Positions 18,235 to 26,865 of a DNA stretch of 64,000 bases are shown here, piece by piece (the stretch's first letter is position 1; every line of letters starts with the position of its first letter). The notes beneath the pieces were generated by a model. That model was not told the origin of the DNA. It did no database searches and worked only from the letters and a program-made list of their open reading frames with translations. Location of the stretch: the NCBI GenBank assembly GCA_963832135.1, contig CAWHTD010000026.1:188189-252188 (forward strand). The letters are read 5' to 3'. The position numbers and the translations under genes are program-made. This DNA is from Vicinamibacteria bacterium (lineage in GTDB: Bacteria > Acidobacteriota > Vicinamibacteria > Vicinamibacterales > JAENWD01).

Positions 18235-20196
18235 ATGGCTTACGCGCCGACAACGCCCACGCCGTCTTCGCCCGCAACACCTGCCTTCGAGCCGTACGTA
18301 CCGGCGTCGAAGTGGCTTCCCGAGTTTACGCCGCGCGCGGTGGTGCTCGGCGCCTTGTTCGGCCTGCTGTTCGGGGCGTCGACCGTGTACCTGGGTCTGC
18401 GCGCCGGCCTGACCGTGAGCGCCTCGATTCCGATCGCCGTGCTCGCGATCTCGGTCCTCAAGCGCCTCGGCGGCTCCACGATCCTCGAGAACAACATCGT
18501 CCAGACCATCGGATCCGCGGGCGAATCGCTCGCCTCGGGGGTGGTGTTCACGATTCCGGCCCTGCTCTTCCTGCTGCCGCATGGACCGCAGTATTTCAAC
18601 TACGTCCAGATTCTGCTGCTCGCGTTTGCCGGCGGCATCCTCGGCGTCCTCATGATGGTGCCGCTGCGGCGGGCGCTGATCGTCAAGGAGCACGGCGTGC
18701 TGCCCTATCCGGAGGGCACCGCGTGCGCGGACGTGCTCATCGCCGGCGAGCGCGGCGGCGCACTCGCCGGCACAGTCTTCATGGGCCTCGGCGTCGGCAT
18801 GGTGTGGAAGTCGCTGTCCTGGATTCTGCAGTTGTTTCCGACCGCCGTCGGCTACTCGATGGCGCGCCGCAGCTTCTTTCCCAACGCCACGGTCAACATC
18901 GACATCTCGCCCGAGTACATGGGAGTGGGCTACGTCATCGGACCCCGCATTGCCGGAGTGATGTTCGCTGGTGGCGTGCTCTCGTGGCTCGTGCTCGTGC
19001 CGCTGCTGTCGATCCTCGGCGAGTACATCCCAGTGCCGTTCCCTCCGGTGCCGGCCAGCGGCTTGAGGCTGTCGGAGATGGCGCCGGGGCAGATCTGGAG
19101 CGCCTACATCCGCTATATTGGCGCCGGCGCCGTGCTCGCCTCGGGCCTCATTACCCTTGCCCGCACGCTCCCCACCATCATCTCCTCGTTTCGCGAGAGC
19201 ATGAAGGGCCTGGGCGAAAGCGCGGGAGCCGTCAAGCCCCTGCGCACCGAGCGCGATCTCCCGCTGCTGTTCGTCATTGGCGGATCGCTCGCGCTCGGCG
19301 CGTTCCTCGTCCTCATGCCAGGCCTCCCCACCTGGGGGAACCCGCTGGCCGCCGTCCTCACCATCGTCTTCGGATTTTTCTTCGTCAGCGTCTCATCGCG
19401 CATCACCGGCCTCATCGGCAACTCGTCGAATCCGATCTCGGGAATGACCATCGCGACGCTGATCCTCACGTGTACCATCTTCGTCGCGGTCGGCTGGACC
19501 GGCGACGTGTATGCGCCAATGGCCATCTGCGTTGGATCGGTCGTCTGCATCGCGGCGGCCATCGCCGGCGCGACCTCGCAGGACTTGAAGACGGGATTTC
19601 TGGTCGGAGCCACGCCAAGCTCGCAGCAAATCGGGCTCATCATCGGCGTGGTCGTGTCGGCCCTGGCGATCGGGTACACGACGCTTTACCTGAACGAAGT
19701 GATGGGCATCGGCTCACAGTCGCTGCCGGCTCCGCAGGCCACCCTGATGTCGACAATCATCAAGGGCCTCCTCAGCCAGAATCTCCCCTGGGGCCTCGTG
19801 CTCTGCGGGGTGAGCGTCTCCATCGTGCTCGAGCTGTGCGGCATCAGGTCGTTGTCATTTGCCGTGGGCTCCTACCTCCCCATCGCCACCACGGCGCCAA
19901 TCTTCGCGGGCGGTCTGGTGCGGTGGTTCGTCGAGCGCAGGACCGGGGTCGTCAGCGAATCGGAAATCAGCTCCGGCACGCTCTTCAGCTCCGGACTGAT
20001 CGCGGGCGGCTCCATCGCGGGCATCGTCTATGCGATGCTGTATGGCAGCAAGATTGTGGCGGCTGCCGACGACGCGGCAACGATTGGTCTGATTCCGGCA
20101 ATTCACGAGGGCGGCGTCGGCCAGATTGCCGGCGCCATCGTCTTTCTGGTACTGGCCGTCGTGCTGGCGCGCGTCGCGCAGCGCCGACTCGAGTGA
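18235..20196 (+). CDS. OPT-family oligopeptide transporter
   Basis: Polytopic membrane protein of about 650 aa with typical OPT N-terminal strings (FTPRAVVLGALFG...YLGLRAGLTVSASIP...QTIGSAGE). ATG 18235 within ORF 18202..20196. Confidence 0.8.
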   Translation: MAYAPTTPTPSSPATPAFEPYVPASKWLPEFTPRAVVLGALFGLLFGASTVYLGLRAGLTVSASIPIAVLAISVLKRLGGSTILENNIVQTIGSAGESLASGVVFTIPALLFLLPHGPQYFNYVQILLLAFAGGILGVLMMVPLRRALIVKEHGVLPYPEGTACADVLIAGERGGALAGTVFMGLGVGMVWKSLSWILQLFPTAVGYSMARRSFFPNATVNIDISPEYMGVGYVIGPRIAGVMFAGGVLSWLVLVPLLSILGEYIPVPFPPVPASGLRLSEMAPGQIWSAYIRYIGAGAVLASGLITLARTLPTIISSFRESMKGLGESAGAVKPLRTERDLPLLFVIGGSLALGAFLVLMPGLPTWGNPLAAVLTIVFGFFFVSVSSRITGLIGNSSNPISGMTIATLILTCTIFVAVGWTGDVYAPMAICVGSVVCIAAAIAGATSQDLKTGFLVGATPSSQQIGLIIGVVVSALAIGYTTLYLNEVMGIGSQSLPAPQATLMSTIIKGLLSQNLPWGLVLCGVSVSIVLELCGIRSLSFAVGSYLPIATTAPIFAGGLVRWFVERRTGVVSESEISSGTLFSSGLIAGGSIAGIVYAMLYGSKIVAAADDAATIGLIPAIHEGGVGQIAGAIVFLVLAVVLARVAQRRLE

Positions 20197-21338
20197 TGAC
20201 TCTCAGACTCTGCCGCGTCCCTGCTTTCGTGCTGGCCGCCGCGCTCCTGGCGGCCAGCGTCATTTCTGGGCAGACCCTCGCGCGGCGCGCCGCCACGATT
20301 CAAGGCATCCAGACCTATCCGGCCTTCTACAACGGACAGCCCGTCCTCCTGCGCGCCGAGCTCCAGCAGGAGGGCGATCGGGCGACCCTGGTCGCCGGCG
20401 ACCATCGCCTGCCGGCACTGCTCAAGACCGGCGTGTCGGGCAGCGGCCTCCTCCTGGTCCGCGGCGAAGTGTGGGACCTCGGACGCATGCAGGCCGACGA
20501 TGTGAGGTTGTCTGGACGGGACCTTCGCCAGTTCCTTGGGGCCGAAGGGGCCGCGAGGTGGCCCAAGCCGGGCGAAGTCGTGATCGTGAACGTGACAGCC
20601 GCCGAGCCGGCCGAATCCCTCGTTGCGCCGTCGGTTCGCAATCTGGCGCTCGCTCCGGAGCGGTACGCCGATCAGCGCGTCACGGTCAAGGGACAGTTCA
20701 GGGGCCGGAACCTGTACGGCGATCTTCCGCAGGCCCCCGCGGACGGCAATGGACGCCGGGACTTCGTCATGCGCTCGGCGGACGCCGCGATCTGGGTTAC
20801 TGGCAAGCAGCCGAAGGGAAGCGGATTCCATTTCGACGTGACGTCACGGCTCGACACGCAGCGCTGGATCGAGGTGAGCGGCGTCGTGAAGTGGGAGCGC
20901 GGGCTCGTGTCGATTGTCGCAGAGCAGCTCGCCGAGACGTCGCCGCAGGCCGAGGCACGATCCGAGCAGGTCACGATTGCGCGCGAAGTGGTGCCGCCCG
21001 AGGTGTTGTTCAGCGCGCCGACGGCGGATGAGACCGACGTCGCGCAGGACACGAAGGTCCGGATCCAGTTCTCGCGAGATCTGGATCCGGCGACCATCAA
21101 GGGTCGTGTCGAGGTGAGCTACTCGAGGACGCAGTCGCGCGAGCGCGGCGAGCCTGAACCGCCGCCGGTCATCGCGCGCGTCGGCTATAACCCAGGCGCG
21201 CGCGTGATGGAGATCACCTTCGACCCGCCGCTCGAGCGGTTCCGCCTTGTCGAGGTCCAACTGAAGGACGGCATCGTGGGCACGGACGGGGCGGCGCTCA
21301 AGCCGTGGACGCTGACCTTCACGATCGGGGGCTCATAG
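20196..21338 (+). CDS. Secreted protein with C-terminal SbsA/Big_5-type Ig-like domain
   Basis: Signal peptide MTLRLCRVPAFVLAAALLAASVISGQ, then C-terminal ...VRIQFSRDLDPATIKGRVEV...ITFDPPL...LKPWTLTFTIG. The ATG overlaps the OPT stop. Confidence 0.6.
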   Translation: MTLRLCRVPAFVLAAALLAASVISGQTLARRAATIQGIQTYPAFYNGQPVLLRAELQQEGDRATLVAGDHRLPALLKTGVSGSGLLLVRGEVWDLGRMQADDVRLSGRDLRQFLGAEGAARWPKPGEVVIVNVTAAEPAESLVAPSVRNLALAPERYADQRVTVKGQFRGRNLYGDLPQAPADGNGRRDFVMRSADAAIWVTGKQPKGSGFHFDVTSRLDTQRWIEVSGVVKWERGLVSIVAEQLAETSPQAEARSEQVTIAREVVPPEVLFSAPTADETDVAQDTKVRIQFSRDLDPATIKGRVEVSYSRTQSRERGEPEPPPVIARVGYNPGARVMEITFDPPLERFRLVEVQLKDGIVGTDGAALKPWTLTFTIGGS

Positions 21339-21388
21339 GTGCCAGGCACTGTTAAGGCGTCTTAACATTCTTAACAGTGCCTGGCACC
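21338..21388. terminator. Perfect 19 bp stem hairpin between convergent genes
   Basis: ggtgccaggcactgttaag - 13 nt loop - cttaacagtgcctggcacc, followed by ttt. Confidence 0.6.
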
Positions 21389-21462
21389 TTTACGATTTGC
21401 GAAACAGCTGACAGGCTCACCACAAACCGTTCTTCAACGGCACTATAAGTCCGCTCTCGCTC

Positions 21463-23694
21463 TTACGGCACCAGGCGAAACCCCGTCACCACTTCTTCCG
21501 TCTTGCCTGCCGCTTCCGCTCTCAGTTTGAGCACGTAGTCCCCCGCGGCGAGCGGCGCCAGGTTCAGCTCGGCCGAGGCCCACGTGATCCCGGCTTCGGT
21601 TCGTGTCGACGCGGTCACGGTGAGTGTCATCGGCTTGCCGGCGCGGTCCAGGACCTGCCCGCTCGTGGCTGTCACGGTTGCGACCGTCGGCAACTCGAGT
21701 CGCAGCCGCTCGGTGCGGCGAAACTGGAGATCCGCGGTCGGCAGGAACTTGATGCCCGTGGTCGGGCCGCGGCGGAGCACGACGGGACGCCCGGGCGCCG
21801 AGACCTGGGTCAGGCGGATCGTGTCGTTGTACGGCAGGCCTTCCTGCGTGGGCGACACTCGCATCCGGATCATCACTTCGCCGGTTGGGACGACTACCTC
21901 CCCGAGATCGACTGCCAATGCCCGCTGGCCAGCCGGGAGCGTGGCGTTCGATTCGGTCAGGACTTCACCGGCCGGCGTCAGGACGGCGACGTTCACCGAA
22001 CCACCGGCGAGCCACTCTCCCGTCCGCGCGAGCGCCGCATCGAGCTCGGTGAGCGCCCAGAGGTGCACGTGCGTCTCGGCTCCGCCGTCGGGTCCCATCG
22101 GTGCGTAGCTGACCGCCGTCCGAAGCGGAACGCCTGGCCTCGCGCTCCCGAGCGCATTGAGAGCCATCTGAACCGCGGTGGCTGGCACCGCCGCGTCGAC
22201 GGTCGCGGCCGCCGTTCTGCCTTCCTCGACTTCTTCCTGTGTCGCCGCTCGATAGCCGCGCCGCGCCCGGACATCGACGCCAGGCCGCTTTACCCGCACG
22301 GTGAGCTTGCGATATTTCCCATCAAGTTTGCTGTTGGTCGAGTAGTAGCCGAGCAAATAGTAGGAGGTGAGATCATCCACGACCCGCTGGAGGCCCTTGT
22401 CGATCGCGTTGGTGTCGACGACGGCGAGGCCATCGGTGTTCTCAGCCAGCGTGCGGAGATTTTGCGACCGTTTCTGGATGAGAGCAGTATTGGCGCTCAA
22501 GGGCGACGCGACCAGGTCACCTACCGGGTGACCCTGAGTGACGAGGGCTTGCGCCTCACCTTCGAGCAGACCGTCGTTGTTAATCGGCTTGTCGAATGCC
22601 ACGAGGCCGAGCGCATTGACCGGGTAATAGCTCACGTTGCTGCGATTCGCATCGTCCATCAGCTCGTGGAACTCCTGCCAGTTGTCGAGCATCGCCAGGT
22701 TCATCCGGTCGCGTTCGCACTCGCGTCGCGAGAATCCCAGGTTGTAAGCGGCCAGATCGGAGGTCAGTCCGCCTTGAGGCGTCACGCCGGCTCGCTGCGG
22801 CTCGGTACGGCCGTTGCGCGTCAGGTTCGGATTGGGCCGGAAGAGCACCCACCCGCCGGTCACTGTAATCACCGCCTTGCGCTCGTCTCGAATGCCGCGC
22901 AGGTATTTCGACAGATCATCGAGCGCGTCGATGACTTTCTTTTCGCGCCGCCGCTGGATCATTTCCTCGGCGACGCCCTCGTACCGCCGCTCGGAAGGCG
23001 ACGATTTGGTATCCGGGTAGCACTGAACGTAGTCCTGCTCGATCGGATCGTCTGGATAGAGCTTGTCGCGCTGTCCCCAGAACCAGTAGCGGGATAGATA
23101 CCCTTCCACCGTCTCGGTGCGCCGCGCCAGGGAGATGTCTTTCGCAGACATGTCGGGGGTCATCACGGCAAACAGGTCATCCGGCCCAACCACGCGGTTG
23201 AGCAGGTTCACCAGCGTTCGCTGCATCCGGTGTGAGCCGGCGAAATCGACGAAGTAGGTGTCGAGGAAGATCACGATGATGCGCGAGCGACCGCTTTCGG
23301 CCATCTCGCGACTCTCGCGCGTGCTCGTCGGCTCGCGGCGGAAGGCGTCCGGACCAGGGCCTCGCACCTCGACGTGCTCGAATGTGCGGATATTCTGCGC
23401 AACACCGTCCTCGAGGAGCTCGAAGTCGGTTTGCGTCAGGTCGCGGAGTGGCTCGCCCTTGTGCGTCGGGAACACGTCGACCCGGACGAAGTTCGCTTCC
23501 GTGCGGAAGCGCGCCTGATCGGCGGCCGATATTGTCTGACCGGTGGCGGCCGGCTCCTGATTCGCGGACGCCTGCTGTCTTGCAGGGGCACCGGCGCGAA
23601 GCGCGAGGGTCGACCAGGCAATGGCGACTGCAGCCAGCGTCGCAAGCGCGAGCCCAGAGCGAAGGCGCGAGGAGGTCGGGAGAACGTTAATCAC
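21463..23694 (-). CDS. VWA domain-containing protein (acidobacterial VWFA-related type)
   Basis: Signal-like SSRLRSGLALATLAAVAIAWSTLALRA, then ...FRTEANFVRVDVFPT...DFELLEDGVAQ...IIVIFLDTYF. I propose a GTG start at 23694; ORF 21463..23862 extends further upstream. Confidence 0.65.
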   Translation of the reverse strand: MINVLPTSSRLRSGLALATLAAVAIAWSTLALRAGAPARQQASANQEPAATGQTISAADQARFRTEANFVRVDVFPTHKGEPLRDLTQTDFELLEDGVAQNIRTFEHVEVRGPGPDAFRREPTSTRESREMAESGRSRIIVIFLDTYFVDFAGSHRMQRTLVNLLNRVVGPDDLFAVMTPDMSAKDISLARRTETVEGYLSRYWFWGQRDKLYPDDPIEQDYVQCYPDTKSSPSERRYEGVAEEMIQRRREKKVIDALDDLSKYLRGIRDERKAVITVTGGWVLFRPNPNLTRNGRTEPQRAGVTPQGGLTSDLAAYNLGFSRRECERDRMNLAMLDNWQEFHELMDDANRSNVSYYPVNALGLVAFDKPINNDGLLEGEAQALVTQGHPVGDLVASPLSANTALIQKRSQNLRTLAENTDGLAVVDTNAIDKGLQRVVDDLTSYYLLGYYSTNSKLDGKYRKLTVRVKRPGVDVRARRGYRAATQEEVEEGRTAAATVDAAVPATAVQMALNALGSARPGVPLRTAVSYAPMGPDGGAETHVHLWALTELDAALARTGEWLAGGSVNVAVLTPAGEVLTESNATLPAGQRALAVDLGEVVVPTGEVMIRMRVSPTQEGLPYNDTIRLTQVSAPGRPVVLRRGPTTGIKFLPTADLQFRRTERLRLELPTVATVTATSGQVLDRAGKPMTLTVTASTRTEAGITWASAELNLAPLAAGDYVLKLRAEAAGKTEEVVTGFRLVP

Positions 23695-23782
23695 GGGTCC
23701 GCCTGGGCGGCAGGCGGCGCAGTGGCACAGCAGGGCGAGTCTAGACCCGCCGGGCCGCAATGGCAAGCGCGACCGGATCCAG

Positions 23783-24382
23783 TCAGCCCGTCGCTGAAGG
23801 CGCCGCACGCCGGCTGCCAAAACGTCGCCTGAAGGCTCGAATGATCGTGGCCGCGAGAACAATCATCGCGAGAATCACGACCGCGGATACGGCGAACGCG
23901 GCGATGGGATACTTCAACGCCAACAGACCCAAACCTACGACGAAGCCATCTTCGAGCAGGCTGAGCGCCCAGTTCGAGAATGGTTCCGGGCTGGTGTTGA
24001 CGACAACCCTTGTCCCGGCTTTCGTGGCATGCGCCCCGGCGGCTACGGTGCCGCCGACGACCGCAATGAGCGCGGTCATCGCGGGCGACGACTCCCCGAG
24101 CGCGGCAACCGCCACGGCGGCTCCGCCAATGGGGCGGATAAAGGTATGAGCGGTGTCCCACAACGTGTCGACCCACGGCACCTTGTCGGCCACGAACTCG
24201 ACGGAATAGAGGACCAGAGCCGCGGCGATGACCCAGTTGTTGTCGAAGACGGCGTACTCCGTCGGCAGCTGAACCCAGCCGAACCGCGACGCCAGGCCGA
24301 TGAGCGCGATCGTGGCATAGAGATTCACCCCCGCCGCGACCGAGAAGCCGAGCGTGCGTCCAAGGAAAACCAGCGTGTCCAT
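23783..24382 (-). CDS. DUF4126-like integral membrane protein
   Basis: MDTLVFLGRTLGFSVAAGVNLYATIALIGL...ADKVPWVDTLWD..., with several TM helices. Confidence 0.6.
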   Translation of the reverse strand: MDTLVFLGRTLGFSVAAGVNLYATIALIGLASRFGWVQLPTEYAVFDNNWVIAAALVLYSVEFVADKVPWVDTLWDTAHTFIRPIGGAAVAVAALGESSPAMTALIAVVGGTVAAGAHATKAGTRVVVNTSPEPFSNWALSLLEDGFVVGLGLLALKYPIAAFAVSAVVILAMIVLAATIIRAFRRRFGSRRAAPSATG

Positions 24383-24390
24383 GGTGTGGA

Positions 24391-25170
24391 TTACGAGGGA
24401 TCGGTCCCACTTGTGTCGGTCGATCGCGCCCGGCCCGGTTTCTGTGGGGCGGGAGAGCCCGGCAGCATCCCGGCAATCCGCTCCCGCGTAGTCGCGATCA
24501 GGCGGTCACGGTCGTCCAGCGTCAGCCCCCGGGTATCGATGGGATCGCCGACGACAATGCGCACTCGAGCGGGCCAGACGAGCCTGCTCCCTTTGCGCAT
24601 TGCTGCCCGGCCGCCATCGATGGCCACCGGAACGATCGGGACCTGCGCCGTAATGGCCATGATGAACCCGCCTTTCTTGAACGGCAACATCTCGCTCGTT
24701 CGCGAGCGGGTTCCCTCAGGAAAAATCAGGAAGCTGTTGCCCGCCTTCAGCGACTCTGCGCCCTTGGCAATCGAGGCCAGCGCCTGGTCGCGACTCTCCC
24801 GCACCACCGGCACGAAGCCACCGGCCAGGAACACCCGCCCGAGCAATGGGAGCTTCAGGAGCTCTGCCTTGAACAGGACATGCAGGCGTCGATGAAGATA
24901 GGTGAACAGAATCGGAGGGTCGACGTTGCTCTGATGATTCGCGCAGAAGACCACGGCACGATCGCGCGGGACGTGGGCAAGGCCAGTTACGACGGCTCGG
25001 ATACCAGACAAGAAGAGGCCCAGCCGGACGCCGCCGTGGCCGAGGGTGTAGAGAATGCCATTCCACCCGAACGCAAAGGCCAACATCAGACCGGGCGGGG
25101 CAGCGAGGAGCACGTAAAGGGAGATCCCGATGTAGGTCGCCAGGGATCTGAGGGCGGCGATGAGCGTCAT
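24391..25170 (-). CDS. plsC: 1-acyl-sn-glycerol-3-phosphate acyltransferase
   Basis: HX4D box (NHQSNVDP) and FPEGTRS box. Confidence 0.85.
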   Translation of the reverse strand: MTLIAALRSLATYIGISLYVLLAAPPGLMLAFAFGWNGILYTLGHGGVRLGLFLSGIRAVVTGLAHVPRDRAVVFCANHQSNVDPPILFTYLHRRLHVLFKAELLKLPLLGRVFLAGGFVPVVRESRDQALASIAKGAESLKAGNSFLIFPEGTRSRTSEMLPFKKGGFIMAITAQVPIVPVAIDGGRAAMRKGSRLVWPARVRIVVGDPIDTRGLTLDDRDRLIATTRERIAGMLPGSPAPQKPGRARSTDTSGTDPS

Positions 25171-25214
25171 CGTAGGCGCATCATCTTAGCGAGAAACTGG
25201 AAAGGGCCCCGTGG

Positions 25215-25323
25215 CGCCTCTCGAAGTGCCAAGTGCAGAGTGCGAAGTGCTAAGTGGAGTGGAAAGTGAGAAGTGAGGGCGAACGAGACTGAGAAGTGAG
25301 AAGTGGGCCAATGCGGCCCACTT
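25215..25323. repeat. (A/G)AGTG-heptad low-complexity repeat ending in a hairpin
   Basis: gaagtgc caagtgc agagtgc gaagtgc taagtgg ... gagaagtga gaagtgg, followed by the hairpin aagtgggcc-aatgc-ggcccactt (25301-25323) just downstream of carD. Confidence 0.6.
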
Positions 25324-25334
25324 CCCAGGCTCTG

Positions 25335-25949
25335 CTAAGAGACTCGTGTTGTCCGGCGCGGCGCCGACGCGTTGGCGCGCGCGACCAGCGTGGGCGGCGC
25401 GGTCTTCGGCTTGCTGCTGGCACGAGCGGTCGCGGCACGTTGCGTGGCGCGCGCCTTGGCGGTAAAACATCGCTCGAGCGCCTGGTCCACACGGCCCTCG
25501 ACAGCAACGGACTTCTCGCGGATGACATCCGAGACTTCCGTCACGATGAGCGCCCGCGCACGATCGAGCATCCGCTTCTCGCGGAACGACAGGCTCTTGG
25601 ATCGAGCGAGGAACGTGAGACTCTTGAGAACATCGGCCATGTCGAAGATCGAGCCGCTGCGCATCTTGTCCGAGTTGTCCTTGAAGCGACCCTTCCAGTT
25701 CTGGTGATCGTCGATTTTGCCGTCACCCAATCGGCCAAAGAGCTGCTCCACATCCGTATCGGAAATGGCGCGGCGCAGCCCCACCTCGCCGGCATTGGCG
25801 ATCGGCACGAGCACAGTGGTTTCGTTGGAAACAATTCTGAGATGGTAAAAGCCGCACGTGGTGCCGAGGATGGTCTTGTCTTCGATCCGCTCGACGACGC
25901 CGAGACCATGATTCGGGTAAATGACCTTGTCACCGACCTGGAAAGTCAC
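25335..25949 (-). CDS. carD: CarD-family transcriptional regulator
   Basis: VTFQVGDKVIYPNHGLGVVERIE...YHLRI. GTG start at 25949 preceded by a GGGGGA Shine-Dalgarno-like sequence. Confidence 0.85.
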   Translation of the reverse strand: MTFQVGDKVIYPNHGLGVVERIEDKTILGTTCGFYHLRIVSNETTVLVPIANAGEVGLRRAISDTDVEQLFGRLGDGKIDDHQNWKGRFKDNSDKMRSGSIFDMADVLKSLTFLARSKSLSFREKRMLDRARALIVTEVSDVIREKSVAVEGRVDQALERCFTAKARATQRAATARASSKPKTAPPTLVARANASAPRRTTRVS

Positions 25950-26364
25950 GTGTCCCCCGTTTGCGAAGAAGGTGGTAGGGCTCAAGGAATGGAGCGCGTG
26001 GAACCCACTAAGTATAGCGACGATTCTTGTCAGGATCAACGAAAATCGGCCTAATTTTGCGAATTGATAAGGCGTCTGGCACCTTTGGGCCGCGCGCACG
26101 GTCTCGGCCCAGGTCCAGTAACCCATTGCGGCGAGACAGGTTGTCTACTGAACGCCAGAAAAGTTGTCAGTCCAGACCCCGGCGGCTGCCTGTCAATTTT
26201 CGCTATTTCTTCGTGGCAAAAACCGTCCGGATCCGGACAGCCGCATCCCGCCGGCGCACGACGACCAAACCTCACGACGTGATTTGTCGTCTAATAGACC
26301 CGAACTCAACGGCGGTGAGCGCGCATCCCCTGGCACGCTTCTCGCCAGAACCGTTAGGCACCCC

Positions 26365-26823
26365 ATGCTGCCCCACGCGGTTGGTTTCGCGCAGATGCTG
26401 ATGCTCTCCGCCGCTTTGCAGGCGTCGGCCGCCGTACTTCCGCTCGTCGACGACGGCCTGTCGACCGGGAGTGGCGGCGGACTGCGAGGCGCTCTCCTGG
26501 CAGAGGCGATGCTCGGGAACATTGCGGGCCTCTGGTCGGGGAAAACCGATGCTGGATCCCCCGTCACGATCATGGTCCTGATCAAGCGGGGCACGGTGTC
26601 GGGCAACGTGACGTTCGCGGGAGTGCTGCCGAACGTTGCCGGGACGCCGCTGCTGCTGCAGCGCGCCACGCTCTCGGGCCACACCGTCATCTTCAGCGTG
26701 CAGGGGAAACACTGCGACAAGGCCACGCATGGCAGCCTCACGCTCCTCTCGGCCGGATTGGCGCAACTCGATCTTCAGGCGGGCGGGATGCCCATTCGGG
26801 TGAAGCTGTCGAAGGTCGGCTGA
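26365..26823 (+). CDS. Hypothetical small secreted protein
   Basis: Only coherent ORF in this gap, with a signal-like MLMLSAALQASAAV. Start is uncertain (26365 or 26395). Confidence 0.4.
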   Translation: MLPHAVGFAQMLMLSAALQASAAVLPLVDDGLSTGSGGGLRGALLAEAMLGNIAGLWSGKTDAGSPVTIMVLIKRGTVSGNVTFAGVLPNVAGTPLLLQRATLSGHTVIFSVQGKHCDKATHGSLTLLSAGLAQLDLQAGGMPIRVKLSKVG

Positions 26824-26865
26824 CGGACGAAACCCCTGCTATCATGCGCGACACCTCAGCCGCGC

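Noticed and set aside
21381-21400. TGGCAC strings suggestive of sigma54 promoters at 21382 and 26076
   Set aside because: There is no TTGC at the required 5 nt spacing (9 nt at 21382, none at 26076). Both belong to the hairpin element.
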